IMG/VR virus record: IMGVR_UViG_3300035670_000009
Coordinates: 139,911-203,910 of that record
Length of the DNA: 64,000 bases
Strand: one strand, 5' to 3'
From: a virus
Taxonomy: Duplodnaviria > Caudoviricetes
Positions within the stretch are counted from its first letter, which is position 1; every line of letters begins with the position of its first letter. A program made the translations under genes and the position numbers. Under the pieces are notes generated by a model that did no database searches, was not told where the DNA came from, and was given only the letters and a program-made list of their open reading frames with translations. This document shows, piece after piece, positions 53,139 to 59,719 of the stretch.

Positions 53139-53855
53139 CTACAGCCGCTCTAAGACAGTCGTAACGATCGGATGGCGTACGACGTCGGCGTTTCCAAATT
53201 TCACCGTGGCAATGTTGCGCGCGCTCTCAAGTCGTGCAACAACGTCCGTCAACGGAGCAGGCGAAATAGGCAAGTCGCTCTGTTTGGGGTCACCAGTCAC
53301 AATCATTTTGCTGCCCTCGCCAAAACGCGAGAGAAACAGCTTGAGCTGCGTGTAGGTCGCGTTTTGCGCCTCGTCGAATACGCAGACTGCGTTCGAGAAC
53401 GTACGGCCGCGCATGTAGCAAAGCGGCGCGAGGACCACGGCCTTGTTGATCGTTTCGCGCTTCGCGGATTGCTTGCCGACCAGCGTGTCCATGGCGTCGT
53501 ACAGCGGCTGCATGTACGGATTTACTTTTTCGCCAAACGTGCCCGGCAGGTAACCCAACTTTTCGCCTGCTTCGACGATCGGCCGAGTGAGCACGATCTT
53601 TTCGGCCTGGTTGGTCAATACGGCGTTTAGCGCGTACGCCATCGCAAGAAAAGTCTTGCCAGAACCCGCCGAGCCAAGCAGAAACGTGATGAGGTTTTCT
53701 TCCAGCGCGTTCCAGGCCAGCTTTTGCACTGGCGTGCGCCACGTAATTTCAAGCGGCTGCCGAATCTGCTGTTCGCGGATCTGCTGGCGCTCTTGTCTGC
53801 GGCGCGCTTTTTCTGCAGTTTTCTTTTCCGCAGACTGCGTAGGCTTTTTCCGCAT
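53139..53855 (-). CDS. phoH: PhoH-family ATPase
   Basis: GSAGSGKT, LTRPIVEAGEKLGYLPG, PLCYMRGRTF, DEAQN, GDPKQSD, DVVRHP. Start moved to ATG 53855. Confidence 0.95.
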   Translation of the reverse strand: MRKKPTQSAEKKTAEKARRRQERQQIREQQIRQPLEITWRTPVQKLAWNALEENLITFLLGSAGSGKTFLAMAYALNAVLTNQAEKIVLTRPIVEAGEKLGYLPGTFGEKVNPYMQPLYDAMDTLVGKQSAKRETINKAVVLAPLCYMRGRTFSNAVCVFDEAQNATYTQLKLFLSRFGEGSKMIVTGDPKQSDLPISPAPLTDVVARLESARNIATVKFGNADVVRHPIVTTVLERL

Positions 53856-53893
53856 AGTGCCAGGATTCCTTTCCGTGGCGGGCGGGATAGATA

Positions 53894-55087
53894 TCAATCG
53901 GCGACGGGTTTGTCGTCCGGCGATACAAGCGCGCCATGCGGGCGGAGATTTTCGCCCTCAGACGGGTCGCGCGGCGTCACCTTGTGCAGCTTAGATTCGA
54001 TCGACGGCTTGCCGCCCTCGACGACCTCTTCGTGCTCTTTCTTGGTGAGCTTGAACGCATGGCTGCCCGCCTTCTTCTCTTCTTTCTTTTTCTTCTTGCT
54101 GCCGACCGGGCGGCAGGAGTCTTCGCTGTAAGGCGCTTTGCCCGGAACTGGTTCGTAGCCCTTCCAGCAGCGCGCCAGCTTGAACAGGTCGTTGGCGCTG
54201 GCTTTCTTCGCATCAAGGTTGGGCAGCATCCGCGCGATCATGTCTTTGTTCTTGGTAAGAAACTCGTACTGCTGCAGCGCGTCTGCACTCGAGAGACTCG
54301 GGTCGCGCCCCATGAGCACCGTAGCGCCCATGCCGGGACTCAAACCAGAAAGCCGGTTAATCTGGCTCGCCGTGTCGCTCTTGCCGCCAAAAAACGAGCC
54401 GAGGTTGTAGAGCATTTTGCCCGAGAACCGGCGCGCACCGTCGCCAAACGCGCCGCCACTGGCGCCCCCCAGCGCTGCGGCGCCAAGACCGAGCGCACCG
54501 AGACCGAGGCCTCCGAGGCCGCCTTTACGACCGAGGTAACCGCCAAGCAGCGCCAGGGGGACGCCAGCACCAATCGCGTACCGAGCTTCTACCGGCAAGT
54601 TCTTCCACATGTCCATGCCGCGCTGACTGAGCCCGGCCAGGCCAGAGGCAGGCGAGACTGACACTGCGGGCGAGGCTGCAGGCGCCGCGGGCTTAGAACC
54701 ACGGCCTGTAAGAGCAGCCGCACCCGCACCAAAAATGCCCGCGCCCGTCGCCACATTAAGCGGATTGAACTTGCTCGTGTGCGGCATGCCAGTCAGACGC
54801 TCGACGCCTTTTTGTAACGCGCCCACTGTTTTCGTCCCAAGTCCCTTTGCCGCAGTCGACGCGTTCCACAGCGCCTTGTTTATTTCAGGCGCAAACTCCG
54901 GACTGATACCAGGCCGCGTCAGCGAAACGCCGAGGTCGCCAACTGCGTTCAGCCCGCGGCGTGCCGTGTTCAGCGCAAAACCGCCCACGCCACCAGGAAC
55001 GCCAGCCACGGCGCGACCCACGGCGCCCGGTACGGCCCGCACGGTCTTGAGAACGTCAGCAACGTTGACTGCTTCTTTCTCGGTCAT
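53894..55087 (-). CDS. Gly/Ala-rich putative internal head protein with CWKGY motif
   Basis: Begins MTEKEAV. Glycine-zipper hydrophobic block, KKASA, CWKGYEPVPGKAPYSEDSC and a Lys-rich tail. Confidence 0.65.
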   Translation of the reverse strand: MTEKEAVNVADVLKTVRAVPGAVGRAVAGVPGGVGGFALNTARRGLNAVGDLGVSLTRPGISPEFAPEINKALWNASTAAKGLGTKTVGALQKGVERLTGMPHTSKFNPLNVATGAGIFGAGAAALTGRGSKPAAPAASPAVSVSPASGLAGLSQRGMDMWKNLPVEARYAIGAGVPLALLGGYLGRKGGLGGLGLGALGLGAAALGGASGGAFGDGARRFSGKMLYNLGSFFGGKSDTASQINRLSGLSPGMGATVLMGRDPSLSSADALQQYEFLTKNKDMIARMLPNLDAKKASANDLFKLARCWKGYEPVPGKAPYSEDSCRPVGSKKKKKEEKKAGSHAFKLTKKEHEEVVEGGKPSIESKLHKVTPRDPSEGENLRPHGALVSPDDKPVAD

Positions 55088-55488
55088 GTTTCTTCATCCT
55101 TGTCTTCAGGCTCTTGCTGCCCAGCTCTCACGACGTCTTTGTCGGAGTGGTGCGTGCTGAATTCAGTAATTACAGAGTCTTCTACGCCCTCAAATCTGTG
55201 CCACATGCCCGGCGGAATATGAAAAGCCATATCGGGCGTCAGCGTGATCTGCGCCGCGTGTGCCTGATCTTCATCCCAGCCGTACGTGAGAATGATTTTA
55301 CCAGACTCCAGGTACATCACCTCATCCTTCACACGGTGGTAATGAAACGAGCACATTTTGCCCTTTTTCACGTGCAGCTTCTTGCCGCAGTACCGGCCGT
55401 TGTAGATCCAGTCCTCGTGCCCCCAGGACTTCTCAACGTAGACGCGCTGCTCAACGTTGAGAATGAAACGTTTGGCGGGATCAGGCAT
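55084..55488 (-). CDS. Cupin (sugar isomerase-like)
   Basis: VEKSWGHE, SFHYHRVKDE, IPPGMWHRF and EFSTHH. Confidence 0.85.
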   Translation of the reverse strand: MPDPAKRFILNVEQRVYVEKSWGHEDWIYNGRYCGKKLHVKKGKMCSFHYHRVKDEVMYLESGKIILTYGWDEDQAHAAQITLTPDMAFHIPPGMWHRFEGVEDSVITEFSTHHSDKDVVRAGQQEPEDKDEET

Positions 55489-55795
55489 TGTCGTCCTCCT
55501 TCACAAAGACGCCGTTGGGCATCAGGATGCCCTTGCGGTCCTTGATCATGCCGTAGGCGTGCGCGAGGCAGTCGCGGATATCCAGACCGCTGAGCCTGGC
55601 GAACAGAATCAGCGTTACAAGGACGTCGCCAATGCCGTCGATAATCTCGAATCTGTCGCGTTTGAGCTGCGCGTCGGCCAGCTCGCCCAGCTCGCTCATG
55701 CACTTGAGCAGCTGCGCTTCGGGCGTGCTATTTGGAATGATCTTCCGCGCTTCCGCCCACTGCTCTACCGCCGTGATCAGCTCGTTCCACGTCAT
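55481..55795 (-). CDS. MazG-like nucleotide pyrophosphohydrolase
   Basis: WAEARKI, QLLKCMSELGEL and DGIGDVLVTL. Confidence 0.85.
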   Translation of the reverse strand: MTWNELITAVEQWAEARKIIPNSTPEAQLLKCMSELGELADAQLKRDRFEIIDGIGDVLVTLILFARLSGLDIRDCLAHAYGMIKDRKGILMPNGVFVKEDDNA

Positions 55796-55946
55796 GCGAA
55801 TTAGCCTCCTGAGTTATCGAACTCGGAGGATTGTATTCGCAACGGCCGCCTTCGCAACACGTCTCAATAATCAGATGGCAGAACGGACAGATGCGCTTGC
55901 CGCGCAGTTCTGTCGTTTCGCTTTCGCAGGCGGGGCACAGCGACAT
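55728..55946 (-). CDS. Small Zn-ribbon protein
   Basis: CPAC...CPFC..TCCEG. TAATG coupling to the upstream stop. 3' end overlaps MazG. Confidence 0.55.
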   Translation of the reverse strand: MSLCPACESETTELRGKRICPFCHLIIETCCEGGRCEYNPPSSITQEANSHDVERADHGGRAVGGSAEDHSK

Positions 55947-56605
55947 TACCAGAGAACCTTGACCGGCTTCTGGAACCGAATGCCGCCGCCGGTGCCGAGA
56001 CCCGTCGTATCAATCGGCGAGCGGAAACGCATGTTTGGAATGCGCACGGGCGAACGGAAGTTCACGCCCTGACTGTCGACGACGATGGGATTGCGCAGCG
56101 TGTTGTAGCCACCGTAAAGCGCGAGCCCGGCGCCCAGCGCAGCAGGCGCGCCGCCCTTGGCAATAGATTGCCCGGCGCCTGCAAAGCCCCGAGCAGCGCC
56201 CGACAGTCCGCCAGTGACTAGGCCCGTGACGGGCTTGGTGACGGCGTATGCGCCGCGCGCCATATTGCCTACGCCTTTTGCAACTGCAGGAGCTGCCTTC
56301 ATAGCCCCTCGCGCAAGAGTGCCCAGTCCGCTAAAAAAACTGGCCTCTTTTTCGACAACTAGCCGCACGAGCTGCGCTTCAAAACTTGCGGCTTTTTGCG
56401 CCGGAACAGCCTCGTGCTCGGCGAGAGCGCGCGGCGAAGAAATCGACATCTGATTCATGCTTGTCGGGCCCTGCTGCGGCAGCGGCACGGGCGCAGGCTC
56501 GGGCAGCGGCGGAGCGGGTGGCGCGACTGGATCGCGCTGCATCATTTGCTGCATGAGCATTTGCGGAATGTACTCGTTCGCAAACTTGTAAGCAGCTGAT
56601 GACAC
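55946..56605 (-). CDS. Putative internal head protein (K-x-A family)
   Basis: Pro-rich N-terminal part, QKAAS and EKEAS, then a Gly/Ala amphipathic region. Confidence 0.65.
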   Translation of the reverse strand: MSSAAYKFANEYIPQMLMQQMMQRDPVAPPAPPLPEPAPVPLPQQGPTSMNQMSISSPRALAEHEAVPAQKAASFEAQLVRLVVEKEASFFSGLGTLARGAMKAAPAVAKGVGNMARGAYAVTKPVTGLVTGGLSGAARGFAGAGQSIAKGGAPAALGAGLALYGGYNTLRNPIVVDSQGVNFRSPVRIPNMRFRSPIDTTGLGTGGGIRFQKPVKVLW

Positions 56606-56630
56606 GGCGCGATTCCTTGAATAGATATCT

Positions 56631-57266
56631 TTAGCGCGGCAGTGTGCCCGGAAGCGCAGACGGCGCAGGTGTCGGCGGCATCGGCGCAGAAGGCTGTGGA
56701 TTGCCGCTGTTGTGGAAAAACGAACCCGCGACTAGCGGATTTTTCACCGCGGCATTTATCGTGGCGCGCACTGGGTTCTTCATGAACGTAGCGCCTGCAC
56801 GGACTGGCACAACTTTCTGAATACCCTGAGAAATAGCCTGCGACGCCTGTTCGCCCACACGCCCGGCCAGGTTGCCACCCGCAACGCCCAGCGCGCGGCC
56901 TGCGCCCACAGCACCGCGGCCAGCCACATGAAGGCCCGTCTGGATCGCGCCCCTGGCTGCCTGCGGTAACACGGTGCTAGCGCCAACGCGAGCGCCAGCG
57001 CGCATTAGACCACCCCCGAGGCCCTTCAACCCGCTGGTGATTGCCCCGCCGCCAAACAAACTCAGGCCTGTGTTCGCCGCGTTGCCAAGCGCACCAAGAT
57101 AGTTCCCGCTGCGCAGCGAGTTGTAGGTGTCGTAAATGCCCGTCGGCACGCCCGTCCAAGGATTCGAGTAAAGAGCCACGTCGGCAAGAAGCCCGCGCGC
57201 TTCTTTCTCAGCAGCCTCTTTGGAGAGCGAACCGAGGTGCCGACCAAACTCGTACGGCGTGGTCAT
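56631..57266 (-). CDS. Putative internal head protein (YEFG..KEA leader)
   Basis: Start reassigned to ATG 57266. MTTPYEFGRHLGSLSKEAAEKEA, then a Gly-rich amphipathic body. Confidence 0.7.
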   Translation of the reverse strand: MTTPYEFGRHLGSLSKEAAEKEARGLLADVALYSNPWTGVPTGIYDTYNSLRSGNYLGALGNAANTGLSLFGGGAITSGLKGLGGGLMRAGARVGASTVLPQAARGAIQTGLHVAGRGAVGAGRALGVAGGNLAGRVGEQASQAISQGIQKVVPVRAGATFMKNPVRATINAAVKNPLVAGSFFHNSGNPQPSAPMPPTPAPSALPGTLPR

Positions 57267-57285
57267 ATCGGCATTCCTGGGAAGA

Positions 57286-57945
57286 CTACTTGCTCTTGCG
57301 CCAGCTCTCAAAATTGGTCTGCATCTTCTTACCAGCGTCGACGGCCTTGTTGCTCACGGTCTTCGCCGTGGCCGTGGCCTTGTCGGCCACCTGCTTGGTC
57401 TTATCTTTGACGTTCTGGACCATGTCGCCCACGATGCCCGCTTCCTTACCCGCGTACGACGCCGGACCCATCATCTTGCCCGCGCCCATCAGGCCGCCGA
57501 CTGCGCCAAGGCCGCCGCCAATCAGCTGCGCCGGAACGCGATATTTAGCGGGCAGCGCATTGGCAACCGTGTTGCCAATACCGGCGCCCACGCTACCGCC
57601 GAGCGTCGCGCCAGCGCCGTAACCCATGCCGCGCCCGGCGCCTTCAACTCGGTTGCCCGCTCCGGCCGCGAGCGCGCCACCAACGCCCGCTATGCCAAGA
57701 TTTGCGACCAGATCGTTGCCGCGTGGAAGCGCCTGCAAGACGTTGCCGCCGAGCGTTTTAGCGCCCTGACCAGCCATGCCTGCGAGTCGCTTACCGGCCT
57801 CAATCGTCTGGCGCGCCGCGTCGCGGAACGGCGCGCTCTGCACGCCCTTGCCCGGAATTGTCGCCAAAGCGTTACCAGCCAGGCGGAAATTTACGGCCTG
57901 CTTCTCAAGACTGCCGACAGCGTAACCGAATTCGAAAGCGTTCAT
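57286..57945 (-). CDS. Putative internal head protein (FEFG..KQA leader)
   Basis: Start reassigned to ATG 57945 (SD AGGAG). MNAFEFGYAVGSLEKQA, glycine-zipper helices and GKEAG. Confidence 0.7.
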   Translation of the reverse strand: MNAFEFGYAVGSLEKQAVNFRLAGNALATIPGKGVQSAPFRDAARQTIEAGKRLAGMAGQGAKTLGGNVLQALPRGNDLVANLGIAGVGGALAAGAGNRVEGAGRGMGYGAGATLGGSVGAGIGNTVANALPAKYRVPAQLIGGGLGAVGGLMGAGKMMGPASYAGKEAGIVGDMVQNVKDKTKQVADKATATAKTVSNKAVDAGKKMQTNFESWRKSK

Positions 57946-58042
57946 GACAGCTCCTTGCAACTCTAAATCTGGACTCTGGGCGACCCGGTCATAATACCAA
58001 ACACGGCGCCGCAAGCGCTACGCGAAAAGTACCGCCAGACGC

Positions 58043-58510
58043 TTATAGCGGCCGCAGACGGGGCGTTTTTGTCGCGCGGCTGTCCGCCAGGATACGGCGG
58101 ATCCGCTCGCAGTCTTCGTAGCTGTCCTGGAGCTGGTCTTCGTAAAACACGGCCATATACCGCGACTCCAGAAAATTTGCGCCCTCGAGCTGCGCCAGGC
58201 GCTGCGTGTAGTTTGCCACGACCTCTTCTTCCATCTCGCGGGCGTAGTCCAGCACGTCTTCAACGCGCGTAAAACACTCAAAATCGCTGGCCGAGGTATC
58301 CACTGCCGCGGCGCCCAGGCCCCAAAGCCGGTCTTGGAACGCCGTTACGTGCGCCAGCTCGCTCGCGGCGGCTTCCAGCAGCCACTCCCGATATTCACGC
58401 TGACCGTGCAGCCCAATCACGGCGCTAGCGTGATAAAGATAGAAATTCAGATGCTTGCGCTCGTTTCGCAGATCGCTCGCGAGAAGTTCGAGCAATTCAG
58501 CCCGGGTCAT
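58043..58510 (-). CDS. Ferritin/bacterioferritin-like four-helix protein
   Basis: LRNE..Y..H, SELAH and MEEEVVANY, consistent with a di-metal centre. Confidence 0.8.
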   Translation of the reverse strand: MTRAELLELLASDLRNERKHLNFYLYHASAVIGLHGQREYREWLLEAAASELAHVTAFQDRLWGLGAAAVDTSASDFECFTRVEDVLDYAREMEEEVVANYTQRLAQLEGANFLESRYMAVFYEDQLQDSYEDCERIRRILADSRATKTPRLRPL

Positions 58511-58581
58511 GCGTTACTCCTTAAAAATTACGACTCGCCATTACCGCGCCGACAGCGTAACACAGTCGCCAAAGATATCAA

Positions 58582-58938
58582 TCAAATTCGCGCCTGGGCT
58601 GGAATGAACTTCTGCTCGTAGACGCAGTACACCTCGGCGTACGCAACACCCCAGGCCGCGTCATGCGCAAGCTTGTTGAACGCCTCGTCGGTCGCGCAGG
58701 CGTCGAGCCGGTGATTCCAAGCCAGCGCGTGCGCCCACTCGTGAATGAGTACGTCGATGGCGCGGCTTTCGTCAAGCCGGTGGTCGAGCTGAATGATGAA
58801 CTTCTTGCCGTTTTTCCAACAGCGCCCTTCGATATGCGACGGAAGCTTGACGCGTTTGACAAAAATTGGAAACGCGGGAGAACAGTGGGTCTTGAGCGTC
58901 CGGACAAGCGCCCGGTACCGCGAGAATTGAGCAGCCAT
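58582..58938 (-). CDS. Small HEXXH zinc metallopeptidase-like protein (IrrE/SprT-like)
   Basis: IEGRC..IIQLD...DVLIHEWAHA...H..AWG. Confidence 0.75.
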   Translation of the reverse strand: MAAQFSRYRALVRTLKTHCSPAFPIFVKRVKLPSHIEGRCWKNGKKFIIQLDHRLDESRAIDVLIHEWAHALAWNHRLDACATDEAFNKLAHDAAWGVAYAEVYCVYEQKFIPAQARI

Positions 58939-59056
58939 GCTCTCTGCCCCTCAAAGGCGCCCGGACGTCCCTGCCGCGGGTGCTCAGAGTATACCTGAGA
59001 GACATGCGCGCCATTTGAGGGGGAAAAATAGCGGCAATAAACGCAATTTGCTGGTT

Positions 59057-59407
59057 TTACGTCGCTATTGCAGCTTTGCGTGCAGCGTATTCGGCGGACA
59101 AAGTTGCGCGATATTGGCCATAACCAAGCATGACTGCCGTCAAATCTTCAATGCCAAGTTCGCGCGGAATGCCGTCCATATCGATAATTGGCGGCACGTT
59201 TAAACCCAATACAGCCGCTTCTTTTGCAAGCACGAATGCGCCTGTGAGCAAAGTTACGTCTTCTTGGCGCAATCCAAGACGAAAATTACGCCCAGGCACT
59301 GTATAGCCAGCCGCAAGCTGGGTATCAAACCACGCGTCGATGTCCGTGAGCAGTTTTTGCCTGTCAATCTCCGCCGCTCGTTGAGGATTCAGAAACAATT
59401 TGCTCAT
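59057..59407 (-). CDS. Tail fibre assembly/chaperone-like protein
   Basis: 116-aa helical protein directly downstream of the fibre genes. Confidence 0.55.
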   Translation of the reverse strand: MSKLFLNPQRAAEIDRQKLLTDIDAWFDTQLAAGYTVPGRNFRLGLRQEDVTLLTGAFVLAKEAAVLGLNVPPIIDMDGIPRELGIEDLTAVMLGYGQYRATLSAEYAARKAAIAT

Positions 59408-59711
59408 TATTTTGCTCCTGCGTTGTTTGACTTTGCGCCGCTAGTTCGGCTGCAATTCTCTTCGCCTCCTGCTCCTCGAACCACGCTGCCGCGCCGATCC
59501 CGTAGCCGTCGGGCTCCGAGAAATCACAATCCCACGCTTCGCGGTACTCGCGGTCTGGCAGTTCTGAGTCGTCCACGTAGACGTATGGGAGTCCAGCGGG
59601 AACGTCCTTGCGGGCGATTTCCTCCAGCGGCAGAGTGCAGTTGGAAGCGGGGACCACTACCCACACTCCGGCTTCGGGCGGCGGCGCTGGGTGGACGATG
59701 ACTGTAGCCAT
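59364..59711 (-). CDS. Tail fibre assembly-like protein
   Basis: LEEIARKDVPAGLPY..VDDSELP..YREAW..DF.EPDGYG. Start moved to ATG 59711. Confidence 0.7.
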   Translation of the reverse strand: MATVIVHPAPPPEAGVWVVVPASNCTLPLEEIARKDVPAGLPYVYVDDSELPDREYREAWDCDFSEPDGYGIGAAAWFEEQEAKRIAAELAAQSQTTQEQNNEQIVSESSTSGGD

Positions 59712-59719
59712 ATTGCGAC

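Larger units (their letters stand above)
657..58582. repeat. Dispersed 12-bp palindrome AWAGATATCTWT
   Basis: Exact copies start at 657, 10043, 11057, 20142, 21554, 28413, 36259, 39078, 46504, 47672, 52195 and 56621. Near copies start at 25382, 53887 and 58571. All read directly from the sequence. Confidence 0.95.

Noticed and set aside
17563-55572. Other GATATC hexamers (17563, 22227, 30966, 55567)
   Set aside because: They lack the AT-rich flanks on one or both sides and are consistent with background. Not counted as motif copies.
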